Notes under the pieces: model-generated | What the model was told of the DNA's origin: nothing | The model's input: only the letters and a program-made list of their open reading frames with translations | Database searches by the model: none | Shown here: positions 1 through 11,558 of the stretch, in pieces | Layout: every line of letters starts with the position of its first letter | Position numbering within the stretch: the first letter of the stretch is position 1 | Assembly: GCA_010093815.1 (NCBI GenBank) | Contig: ML996569.1 | Direction: 5' to 3' (one strand) | Source of the DNA: Pseudovirgaria hyperparasitica | Lineage: Eukaryota | DNA: 64,000 nucleotides | Translations under genes and position numbers: made by a program

Positions 1-357
1 ACACTGAAAGGGGATGTGGAACAAGTTCGATCGGTTGAAGACATGAAACGTCTTGACCAACCATTCGTCATCATATCCGCACTTCCGGCTGAGAAATCCA
101 TGTCTGTGGCTCCGCTGCTGAAACACTACAGTGGGGACGGAACTGGGCTTGGCAAATCCGCCGGCAAAGTGTTCGTGGATCTCTCCACAGGACCAAGAAA
201 AAACGATCCCTTGACAGTGGCAGCATCTACCGGATGGACCGTGTACAGCATTGCGGATGTGAGTGCTTGGACAACAGTGGAGACTTTGCGGCTCCTAGTG
301 GGACAGAACGTTCCTTATGACTTTGTACGACTTGCATCTGGTCAAGGCTTGTTTTGA
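1..357 (+). CDS. 3' end (5'-truncated by the window) of an AROM-derived protein with a degenerate shikimate/quinate dehydrogenase C-terminal domain (QutR/Qa-1S repressor-like)
   Basis: Frame open from base 1 to TGA at 355-357. VFVDLSTGPRKNDPLTVAASTGWTVYSIADVSAWTTVETLRLLVGQNVPYDFVRLA follows the spacing of the shikimate dehydrogenase C-terminus (D..Y.P..T.L...A...GW....G..ML..Q...QF.L.TG..P) with several conserved residues substituted. Confidence 0.6.
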   Translation, partial: TLKGDVEQVRSVEDMKRLDQPFVIISALPAEKSMSVAPLLKHYSGDGTGLGKSAGKVFVDLSTGPRKNDPLTVAASTGWTVYSIADVSAWTTVETLRLLVGQNVPYDFVRLASGQGLF

Positions 358-2348
358 CACAGCATGAAGCACTACAGGTGAGGCGTTGGGCGGCATTGAG
401 GTTTACAGTTTGCACATCCAGGCCTGGCTGGGTTTCAACGTATCGGGCATACATTTTGATACCACCAACACGACCTTACAAATCTCATTCTATGCTCAAG
501 TGCGTGCGGCCTCGTTTATGTCAGCTCATCATCAAAGAATGAAACTTCCAGAATGCAGAGACAGTAAAGTGGCATCAAGAAGAGCGGAAGATGCCGATAT
601 ACGCCATGGACTGGAGTCAGTCTAAACCTTCAGGGTCGTCTATAATATTAAAGGTTCGCCAACTCATAAGCGCTAAGGGAGTAGCGATCCTCTCTGCGGT
701 GACGCCTATACCACTGCATTCGTGTCGGTACTAGGTTAGAGAGCCCTGATGCTAGCTCTGTGACAAGATGGGCAAAGCGTCGGCCTCGTATATTATTGAA
801 ATGTCTCGGATAAGATACACGAGTTGTCAGGAAACTCGCACAAGCCCATACGGCTCGCAGCTGCCGAACCCCTAATTGATAGCTGATCTTTCGTGGTCAT
901 GCTTATGACAGAGCAGTCTGGAGGTGTGAGCAGCGAGATGATCTTCCAGATCCAAAGCAGCCTCATCGCCGAAATGATGCAACCTGCTACGGAAAGATGG
1001 AAGGAGAGACCAATAAGATCGACTTATAGTGTATAAATACGACGGGCCTCGTAAATGCACCCCAGATTTCGAGTCATTCGGATCTATATACCAGCTCGTC
1101 TGCTAGATCGAGTTCGGAGAGACATACGATGGTATGGCTCCGGATTGGTGGACATTTAGCATACAGGGATGCTAAATAGAAGCGAGGGCGCCTTACTCAC
1201 CGTCGCAAGTAGCCACGCCCACGCCTTAGATGGAGCGACGCAGCCGCGCGTTGGCAGTACATGGCCTGCCTGTATGGTGCAGGTCGGTCATGATAAAGAG
1301 AAGGAAAAAAAGCATGCATTATGCCTTGAAATTGCAATGATGATAGCTGTTGATTGGATTGGGAGATATAAGATATTACAAGATCAAGTGAAAGGAGTAT
1401 TCTATATCCTAAGCGAGGAAGATAATAGATGATAGGTTGGTTGTAAAGGTTATCCACAATCCCACAATACACGAACCACAATCCACAATCCACAATCCAA
1501 CCCACCCACGCCCCGTCGCCGTCGCCATCCTCCGCGCGGGGCGAGGCCTCGTGCGGTGTGGAGCACTAATTGACATTAAGTTGATGGATGGCCGATCGAC
1601 CTGTATACTAATACGTATTAACTAATATCTGATATGACCTTAGAACCTCAAGCAGATGCTTCGGCGGCAGTTAACCCTTCTTTGCCTCATCCTCACCTCT
1701 ATCTCCGTCCTCGTCCCAACCATTGCAGGTAATATGCATCAGCACCAGCACCAGCAGCACCACAACCCTGGCCTCGATCTGAGAGCATCCCTGGGCGGCG
1801 GCTGACCGGACGACTGGAGCGACAGTTCCTGGGAGCGTCACGCGCGTACCCAGACGTCCAATTGCTGCGTTGGGGCGGACATGCTCTTGTTACAACACAA
1901 CATGCGGCACCAAGAAGCCTTCCACCGGATCGTTCACCATACAACATAGAACGACACCAAGCAGGGAGTCCCCGCGCCTGCATCAATCATCAATCATCAA
2001 TGATCAATGGCGATGCGATGCTGCACGGGCATTCTTTGCCTACTTTACAGTAGTTCTACGGTAAAGGGAGGGAGTTGGCACCCTCTCCCGCCGTTCTGTA
2101 AGCCTTAGGGGGGGGCCCATGTCGCCGCCGCCCATGCCACACACTCCACTCCTCCGCACCTTAATTTGCTCCATCATCTCACTGGGCTGAGGTGCATGTC
2201 GTCTGTTGCTTTTATCACTCTAGTTGTCTTTGTCTTTTCCTGCTCAGACCAAACTGCCTCTACTAAGGCCGTGGCGCTGAACTTGACTCGACACTCTGCA
2301 ATGCCCTGATATCACTCGTGGCTCCACGAGCTCTCTCCGTGGTACAAT

Positions 2349-5134
2349 ATGTCAACGCGCCCTCAGGTCGGTATCGACAGGCTGCCTGCCCGGCGTCAGA
2401 CCAACGAGCCTAGAGAATCTATGAATTGCAAGAGCTGCAGGAAGAGAAAGGTCTCTCAGATCTGACAGAGCAGCTTGCTTTGTACACTTTACTGACATTT
2501 AGCTAGATCAAATGCAATCGTATTCGGCCGACCTGTGAAGCATGTCAAGTATTCGCCTGTCCTTGTGTATATGGTTCGCATGCCTTTGAATCTGTTCTCT
2601 TGGCAGTGAGACCAATTTTGGCTGACGACTGTTAGATGCCGTGCCAAAAAAGAGAGGTCCAAAGACAGACGTGCTGGAAGCGCTGTTGAAGAGAGTCGAT
2701 GGCTTGGAAAAGCAATTGCACAATGAAAAGAAGGCGAACTCACCCGACCAGAAAGATGGCTCTCCACAGGACGTTGGTGACAGCAATAGCTCCAATGGTT
2801 CCATGGTCCATCAAGCTCATATCGACATACCTCCACCTATGATGAGCAACACTTCGCAGCTGTTATCGCCATCTGAAGCGAAGTGAGACAGCCTTCACTC
2901 GTAATGGGGCGTTTGTTCCTGCTGACCGTGACACAGTCAGCCAACGCCTAGCTTTGTGCCTGATATGCTCCTTGACACCTATTTTTCGAGGATGCATGGT
3001 AGGCCATACTATATCATTGACGAAACGACCACTAGACAGCGACTACAGTCAAACACAATACCATCATTCTTAGCGTACGCAATATACGCCGTATCAGCAA
3101 GGTTAGTCGTGTTTACTCACACACTTTCTCTGGCCTGACAATCCCAGATATGCATCACACGTTGGTGGCTATAACAATGCAGTTCGGATTGGCCATGAGT
3201 ATGCTCGTCGTGCTCGTATGGAGATTGATATCGATGAACCGTCGATTGAGAATCTGCAGACTTTACTTCTCCTGGCACAAGCAAGTCATCAGAGCGGCAA
3301 AGGCAAGAAGACTTATATGCTTCTCTGTGAGTTGAATGTAATCTTGGAATTGACCTGAACTAATCATTGCCAGCCTCCGCTATATCGATGGCCTTTGCTT
3401 TGGACTTGCATCGGGAGTTACCCCTAGGGCTCAAGATCTCTCAGGCTGAAAGGGAGGGACGCAGACGGCTTTTCTGGGCTTGTTATCTAATGGACCGGTT
3501 CTCTGTGTGTGGTTCGAAGCGACCATCTTTGATTTCGGACGAGACTCTCAATCTTAGACTGCCATCATGGCAACTGCATCCAGGGGCAATACCGCTGGAA
3601 GGCGAGCATTTTCCAAACGGATCGAATATCCAATATATGGCCGGGTCCGGGAAAGGCTCTCAAGGGAGTTCCAGCATGCTTATAGGGATCGTGCGTATTC
3701 TGGGCATCACGAATCGCTACTTGGCTGCAGGTGGTGTCAAAGGAGACTCTCATTTTCCGTGGCATCAGCTTTCGAACCTATCAAAGATTCGACAAGAGCT
3801 TGACATCTGGGCCTCCGAGACACAGGACACCTTTGCGTCGTTAGAAGCACTATTCGGCCAGCCGGACAGTGCTATGTTGGTACTCAGCAAGCTGATATAT
3901 CATCTAATACACTGCCTTATATACAGACCATTCCTTCCTGTCGACCTGGCTGAACTATCTGGAACGTCTCAGCATCAGTCTTGGCAAATAGAGGCAACGA
4001 ACCTCTGCTTTCTACATGCCAATGCTATCGCTGAGCTTGTCGAGATAGGGCGTGCCTCATCGATACTAGATTGGCCAGCATTTGTAGCATACTGTATTTG
4101 TACTGCTGGCACAATCCATGTTCATGGAGCGCATTATCGAGGACGCGAGGGTGAAGTCTTCTCTGCAAGCTCAGAATTCCTCTCCCGCGAAATGCACCAA
4201 CTCTCGGAACTACGTTTCGTCTGGGCAGGAGCACAACACCAGCGAGACACTCTCCAGACAATATATGGATGCCACTCTGAGCTGGTCAAATCGCTCGCTA
4301 GCAATCCACTACGCTTCGCGCCCGTCTTTCAACTAGAAGACTTCTTCGACCGGTACCCAGGACAAGCATTCGATGGCTCGCACATCACATTCATGGATGT
4401 GACTGTTGATGGGTTTCCCGAAGGGTAGGCTACTCAGAGATTGCATGGATATCATGAAACTAATCCCGCGCAGATTCATGCCATATTCGCTTGACCAACA
4501 ACAGCAACAGCAACACAACCCATACTTCAACCAACGCACATCATTCTCCAACATGAACGGCACTCTTCCATCCTCATCAAGCTACCAACAATCCTACTCC
4601 ACACAACAACAGCAACAGCAACAACCACACCACCAACAAACCACCCAAGAACCCCGAAAAAAGCGCCGCGCCACAAACCCATCCAGCACAGCCCCCAAAC
4701 ACGACCTCCTCTCCGCACCCCAGCCCGAGTCCAGCACAACCCCCTCCTCCCTCCTCACCTTCGCCAACCTCCCAAACCCACACCTCGTCGTTCCCTCCGA
4801 CTTCCCAACCGGCCTCACCCCGCCCCCGTTCTCCCCGTCCTTCCACTTCACCCCTAGGCCCGCCCACGCCGTCCTCCACGACCCATCCGCCGCCCCAGAC
4901 TCTTCCTCCTCCTCCTTCGACGCCTCCATCTTTGCCATGGACCACAGCATCACGGGCTACGAGCAGCAGCCTACCCCTGGGGCGGCGAGCGCGAGCGGAT
5001 CCACGCATACGGATTCCGAAAAGGATCCGTTTCTCAGCTTGCTCGAGCAGCTGGCTGAGAATGATGTCAATAGGGGTGGCCCGAGCGAGCTGGATTTCTT
5101 CATCAATGCAGCGGCGCGCGGGGCGGAAGAGTAA
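2349..5134 (+). CDS. Zn(II)2Cys6 transcription factor with fungal-specific TF (middle homology) domain and Gln-rich/acidic tail
   Basis: Exons 2349-2450, 2507-2573, 2636-2882, 2937-3101, 3148-3326, 3374-4424, 4474-5134 splice in frame. They give [30 protein letters not shown] (Zn2Cys6), then LDLHRE...[18 protein letters not shown] (Fungal_trans), polyQ and an acidic C-terminus. Confidence 0.92.
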
Positions 5135-5157
5135 TCCGTCAGGGGCGTGGGCATGTG

Positions 5158-5186
5158 AGCAAGCAAGCAAGCAAGCAAGCAAGCAA
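5158..5186 (+). repeat. (GCAA)n microsatellite in the 3' UTR
   Basis: agcaagcaagcaagcaagcaagcaagcaa directly downstream of the TF stop codon. Confidence 0.9.
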
Positions 5187-6269
5187 TAATGGAAAGATAG
5201 TTCATTCTTCGCCAAGGGGTGGAAGGCAGTAACGAACACACAAAAAAAGCATAGCGATGGCGCTTCGGGAGACCAGGATTCGGGCGTGGGTTCTTCGAGG
5301 ATAATTTATTTGGGTTGTTGTTACGCCATGGGAGAGCGACGCGAGATAGCCACGCGGGCGTCCCGTTCACAATCTTCACGGATAATTGTACCATGGATGG
5401 ATGCGATGAGATGGCTGACTGTGCGTTCCACGGTGTGTGGAGAGAGGAGAGTCGTGTGTCCGCTTAAGACTGACTGCGAGAAATGTATGTGTATGTATGA
5501 TATCTGTATGCATGGCGTGCATGAATTGGAGCGGCCTGATGGCGCGTGTCTTACGCCCAGGCATAATCATCAGTCTTAGACGATGTTGCAACACCTGCTT
5601 AATACTGAAACTGGACGGTCTGAAATTACCTTTCACGTCTAATCAGATATCAGACGGATGTGTAGACAGGAGGTAGAAGAGTATTTCGGATGGGATTCTA
5701 TTTGCTCGATAGCAAGCTCTTCCCATGATGCTGTCCAAGATAGGTTGTGTTTGCTCGAGAAGCGACCATAAAAAGGGCATTTTGCAAATTCGGTAAATAC
5801 ACATCACAGGCATTCTGAAAACCGGTCAACGACACAACCGGCACAGACAATTTAACTTCATCGCTTCAGATATATTCATACAAGCGTCGTAATATTGGCA
5901 ATACTTTTTTTCACTTTTCGGTCATACATCCATCGACTGTGAGGGTGCGCAAGGAGAGGTAACAAATAGTCTTAGCAGGGTATCTATCCAACGCAAAAAT
6001 CTTCCTCCGACGTGCGGCGGGTGGTGGTGCCTGCAGCTATTCTTGGCCAGTCCTCACTGCCGTGCACACTCTCTGTGGGGATCCGGCAGCAATCCGTCAC
6101 AATACTCCGGTCTATACTGGGCACCTGCTGGCTGGCCTCAACCTCAACCTCAACACTTTTCTCATATCACTCCGTAATTCCATTCCCATGGCTCATTGGC
6201 CTCTAAATTTTCGTGTAGTAGATGTTCGACAGCTTGTTGTGTCGGGCATATTGTTGTGCATAGGGTAGC

Positions 6270-6738
6270 TTAGAACAAGCTTGCGCCGCCGCTCTCAATG
6301 GCATCGATCTCGGCCTGCGACCAGGCCAGACGCTTGAAGCGCGCGGGCAGGTCGTTGCGGTCAAAGTACTGGCCCTCGCTGGGCGTGACGGAGCCGAGTG
6401 ACGAGCCGGACCTGCTACCGATGTATCCCCCGTAGGAGATGCTGGAGGACTGTTGCTGGCCGCCGAGAGGACCGTGTTGCTGGGCTTTCTGGCGGTACTC
6501 GGCGAAGGACGAGGGCAGAGAGGGTGATGGACTGGCTGGGTGGACGTGGGGAGAGTGGTCGAGTTCTGCGAGCGAAAACATGTTAGCCCTTGTGTATGTG
6601 TGTGCGATTGCTATCCAAATGCCGACTATCTTGAGGTGGGCATGTGGAATGATGCGACGTACTTGCGGGGATATTGCGCTTCCCTAGGAAGCGGATCATG
6701 GGCTGGCGGTGCTGGAGAAGGGCGCGTGTGGCGTGCAT
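6270..6738 (-). CDS. KGD4: 2-oxoglutarate dehydrogenase subunit Kgd4 / mitochondrial S36 (Ymr31) family
   Basis: Exon 1 6738-6663 (MHATRALLQHRQPMIRFLGKR), intron GTACGT..GCTAAC..CAG 6662-6566, exon 2 6565-6270 ending RFKRLAWSQAEIDAIESGGASLF, which is the S36_mt/Kgd4 C-terminal signature. Confidence 0.88.
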
Positions 6739-7487
6739 GTTGACGACTGGAGAGCTGGAGAGGAGGTGTTATGGGATAGAGGAAAAGGTTACAGGGAAGA
6801 AGATGAGGATGTAGAGATAAGGAAGAGGTGGAGCAGTAGAGACAATTGATCATATAAAGTCGGGTAGGACCGGAATCGGCGGTGATGTGCAGGTACGCTA
6901 CAACTGCAGCGTTGAGGTCCAAGCTTCCCCGAGACACTGATAAGTAGTGAGCTGGGGGGGTGTTGGGAGCCGACGGCGAGTTTTGATATCACGCTAATTT
7001 ATGAGTTGAAGGGGAGTATTCTCTATTCGTGAGGATCAATTGCGTGCTTTGCTCGTCTGGGACTGTCAATATGATTGATAATCACATTCAAATAGCGTGC
7101 GGAGAGAGTGTGTGGAGTAGATCTAGCTGTTGATTCAAAATTGGGGGGGTGGGTGGTAGTGGTGTTGTAGTAAACCTCTAACTTGTAAGGTAGAAGCTTG
7201 GTGGTTTAGTCGGCATAAGCACGCCAACATTCAACTGTCAATCCATGCATGTGGGATTCACGCCGAAACACTCTACGATTCTCTCTCAACACCAATCATC
7301 GATCACCACACTGTTGGCCCTTCTCTTATCGCGTGCTCGATTACCTCACCTGAGCTACACACGCAAACTGCCCCGCCTCGTGGTCTGCAGTGCTGCCGCG
7401 CGTATCAACCTCAACCATAGCCAAAACACCACTGCTGTTCTTTTGCACATCTCCGACTTGATCTTCGGATTTCCGGGTTGGTCGCCA

Positions 7488-8307
7488 ATGCACGAGCTCC
7501 TCCTCTTCGGCCAAGTCCCTCGATCCCGACATGATGAGATGCTCAAAGTCCTCGCAGGCGTTGCTGCGATGCAGCCGCAGCGTGTCATCGAACGTCACGT
7601 AGTCTACAGGCCGAATCGCGATCCACAAGCTCCTGGCAGGACGGGCCAAGTAGGAGGTTCTCAAGCTGTCGCGACCGACAAGCGCAGTACCCAGGCGCAA
7701 GCAGTCAAAGACCTCTACTTTACAAAGCTTGTGCAAGACTTGACAGAAGATGACTTTGAGAAGGAGGGCAAGGCGCTGGCTCCTGGAGGTACATGGGCTA
7801 TGCAGTTCTATGATGTCCCTGATGCTGCGAAACGACCAGTGATTTACAGGACTGCCAATACAACGCCCATATTGCAAGGAGATGCACACAACTACATGAA
7901 AGACTTTCAGTACAAGTAAGCGTCTTGGACTCGTACTAGCTAGTACCTGGCGGCTAACGTTCGGTAGCTATGTCGGTGAGCACATCCTCGAAGGACATCG
8001 TTACGTCCACAAGAACGTCGTCATACTATTGCATAGATTGCTCACCTATCATGAACTACCACCCTCCCAATCACCAGTAGCGACATTGCCCTCGTACGAA
8101 TCCCTCAAACCTGTAGACCCAAGTGGAGCCTATATCATGCAAACTTCAGTTCGCCTTGTAGACAATGCGGGTCCAGACAATCTTGGACGGGGCCAAGAAG
8201 AACTCGTGAAATTCCAAGGCACCATGAAGGGTATCGTGGAATTGCAAGTCGTGGATCGCTTGGCATTGGACACAAGAGTGAAATACAACGCAGCCCAAGC
8301 AGCTTGA
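7488..8307 (+). CDS. MED18: Mediator of RNA polymerase II transcription subunit 18 (Srb5)
   Basis: MHELLLFGQV...MLKVLAGVAAMQP start and ...KGIVELQVVDRLALDTRVK end are typical of fungal Med18. Exons 7488-7915 and 7968-8307, intron GTAAGC..GCTAAC..TAG. Confidence 0.9.
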
Positions 8308-8887
8308 AATGTGTAAGCGTCCGAGCTCTGGCATGCAATAGAAACTGCAAGCAGAAGATAGGCACTACATTACGCTGTGTCTATTGAGACGATGCTTGAT
8401 CGCAGTCCGTCGTACAGTGCGACGAGCCGCACAGAAACATCAATGAACGCTTTAAGGGACCGTATGGTTCAGTGTCAAGGAAACGAGACATGCTCGCATC
8501 ACGTAGGGTAACTTGCTGAGCCTAATAGTAGAACAAAACTCTCAAACAAAAGTCGAGTTGGGTCAAGTGCAGCGCTTGCCCGATACTAAGTGGTTCCACG
8601 ATGATTCCATTGTGGGTCTTGTAAGGTGAGAGCATCGTTGAGACTTTGCCTTATTCTGGTCATCAATGTACATCATTAAAGATAGCCTTGATTGTTCCTA
8701 TGAGCAGATATATAGTCCACAAGAGACTCACTTAATAGATGCTTGGCTTCGTCACCCACTTGAATGTAATGTTAAGGTTACACGTGACTTCGCGTCAAAT
8801 GCCAAACGCGACTCCCGATCTTCGTCACGTCCTCCCATCTTACTGGCAGATCTTAACTTTGACTTCTTTCGCTATGCGCAATACAAT

Positions 8888-11558
8888 ATGAGTCCTTCGC
8901 GGAGTTTGAAGAGAACCGATACCGAAGATGGCTCCGTGTCGCCTCCACCCACGAAGCGGAAGCAGCCTGTTGCCAGTGGCACGACTCGTATGTAGGCTAT
9001 GATACGTCTGTATCTGGTGCAGTTGCTGAAGGACTTCAGAAAAGGCCGTCAAGTCGTTCTTCACGCCAGCATCGCAGAAACAGCCTGAGCAGATGACGTG
9101 GAAAGTGTGGAATGATACTCTGCTTGCTGGAGAGTTCGCGCCATCCGCCTCGCAGGAGCAGGCAAGAACTGAAGATTCGAGATCAAGAAAGATTGCAGCT
9201 TTTGACTTTGTACGTGTCTCGGTAGTTTACCACTGCCCTCAGGAACTTGCTGGCTTCCACTCTGAGCAGCGGCGCCGTTAGATCTGGAAGACGATAGCTA
9301 ACATGAGTTCGCGAAGGACTCAACACTTATTGTTCCATCGTCAGGCAACAAATTCTCTAAAGGGGCGACCGATTGGAAATGGTGGGCCCCTACTGTACCA
9401 ACAGTATTGAAAGAGCTCCATGATCAAGGGTTGGTCAAGGCCCCAGAGCGCAAGGGTTACTTTTCTCAGACGTGAAACTAATCAAGTGCATTCTAGCTAT
9501 CTTGTAGCCGTCGTCAGTAACCAAGCAGGGATAACAATGAATGCGAAGTCGCCCAAGTTAGAGATGAAGCGACTCAACGACTTCAAACAGAAGGTCGCAG
9601 CAGTCTTTTCGCATCTAGATATGCCTATATGCATCTATGCAGCTACCGAGAAAGACCAGTTTCGCAAGCCGCGAACTGGAATGTGGACGAGGCTATTACA
9701 AGACCACAACCTTGAGAAGCCAGATGCAGTCGATCTTGAGGGATCAATATTTGTGGGAGACGCCGCCGGTAGAGGATCAGAGAAGGGAAACAAAGACCAT
9801 TCGTGTTCCGATCGAGACTTCGCCGCCAATGTAGGCATAAAATTCTACAGCCCTGAGGAGTATTTTTCCAAAGAGGACGCCCGACCATTTGTTCGGAACT
9901 TCGATCCAGCCAATTATTTGGCCATGTCGATACAAACAGGGTCCTCAATAGACAACCGCAAGTCCCCCATCGTGTCTACGTGCTTTGCTGCTGTGTTCGG
10001 ATGGACTTACATTCATGGCAGCATCTTCGATATTTGTTAAAAGTAACCCCCTGGATATTGTCTTGTTCAGTGGGAGTCCTGCCGCCGGGAAGAGCACCTA
10101 CTACTGGCGACATCTTAAACCCCTGGGGTATGAGCGTGTAAATCAAGACATCTTAAAGACGGTAAGTTACGAATAAATTAACTCTTTCCCCGTGGGACGT
10201 TTAGTCCCCTAGTAAAACCCTAGTGTTTGAAATTGAGCGAGTGGTGACGGGTCATATGTTGTGGTACGTCTATAAATGGGTAGAGTAGCTAATTGCAGCG
10301 CAGAGAGACAGATGCCTGAAAGTCGCTGATGATCTATTGAGAGAGAACAAGTCTGTTGCCGTCGGTATGTCACTTTATTAAAAACACCTAGATTTTGTGT
10401 CTTATACATTCTCCTTATGTTTGACATTGCACTTTACTCCGCTTCTGCACATCACCACATTCAGATCGCGTGCTGATATAGCTTGAGCTCAGACAACACG
10501 AATGCGGATCCGGAAGTACGCGCCTATTGGGTAGAACTTGCGAGGAAGCACAAAGTCCCAATACGTTGCGTACTTTTCACGGCTGATCCACGCCTTTGCG
10601 AACACAACGATGTCGTGCGATCATTAGGCGAAATCAGCTACCCAGAGTGTGCGCCAGAAGCCCGTGATGAACTGTCAAGTGTAAGTGCTCTATTCCCGCT
10701 CTCGCCTATTTCATGCAGCTTTATCGTCAACTTGATCTGGCTTGCAATGGTCTGTTTCGGATATTCTTGCTTTGCATTGTCATTCGCTCAAGCTTTATAC
10801 TTGGCTTGAGCGGACGAGCGCCGACGTCAACGCCATGTATCGGATAGCAGTTGCCTAGGGGTTGTCTCATACGTGCTTCATTCATCAGGGTCTGCAGACG
10901 TGACGGACAAGACTACACAGCCTCGTTATTCTCACCCGGAGGCTGACGGGAGACACTTCTCTCATAGACCGTCGTTCGTGTATGCAGAACTATTGACACC
11001 TGGAGGCTTGCTTCATTATTCCCTCAAATAACACTTTGCTGACAAGCTACCTCCTAGATGAACCCCGAAAAGCGAACGTCACTCCCGAAGTCCGCCTTCT
11101 ACAGCTTCACGAAGCGCTACCGCGAACCAACGCTCAAGGAAGGCTTCCAGGACATAACGAAAGTGGATTTCAATGTACGTAAATGCCCAAGGATTGCTCA
11201 CTACCCGTCTATCACCTTTCGCTACCCTGCCCCCTTTCCCACGGTCGTTGTCTTGCAGAGCAGAGTTTCAGCCATCTGCAGAACCCTTGTATGGTCTTCT
11301 TCCCCACGTTGTATCGCACCCTACAACGCGTGTATCTTCCCCGTCTATACAAACATCCCTCCCCTCACCCCCATGACTCAGTTCTCTTCCGCGCTCCGAT
11401 TCCTACTCTGAAACAGCAAAGCACGACAAATATCCCATCTAAATGACGTCACACAAAGTATACACAGAGCGGAGCAATCAGCTAACAGAAACCTCCTGTG
11501 GCAGTTCGAAGGCACCCCTTCCCAGCGCGCGGTGTGGAGCAAATACTGGGTATCCTAG
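8888..11558 (+). CDS. PNK1: Bifunctional polynucleotide kinase / 3'-phosphatase (PNKP/Pnk1)
   Basis: Exons 8888-8987, 9040-9209, 9317-9429, 9497-9957, 10022-10161, 10304-10364, 10493-10680, 11058-11174, 11505-11558. HAD motifs KIAAFDF|DSTLI, SNQAG, FRKPRTGMW, FVGDAAGR, SCSDRDFA. Kinase P-loop GSPAAGKST, VNQDILK, DNTNAD, EPTLKEGF. Confidence 0.93.

Noticed and set aside
4527..5394. Long antisense ORFs (also 40987-41664, 48943-49425 and others opposite real genes)
   Set aside because: Shadow frames of GC3-rich coding sequence with no recognisable domains.
6739..6790. Non-AUG N-terminal extension of Kgd4, as known for the yeast long isoform
   Set aside because: An in-frame TAA lies about 11 codons upstream of the ATG.
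7245..7487. Upstream in-frame extension of MED18 given by the ORF track
   Set aside because: Med18 similarity starts at MHELLL (7488); the extension looks like promoter/UTR sequence.
10161..10303. Possible stwintron (G|GTAAGT...CTAG|TAAAA)
   Set aside because: There is no branch site near the internal AG, and the resulting phase would break the PNK reading frame.
10729..10740. AACTTGATCTGG in the PNK intron resembles part of the fungal intronic TPP riboswitch
   Set aside because: The flanking CTGAGA and ATAATACCAGCG elements are absent, and the host gene is unrelated to thiamine metabolism.
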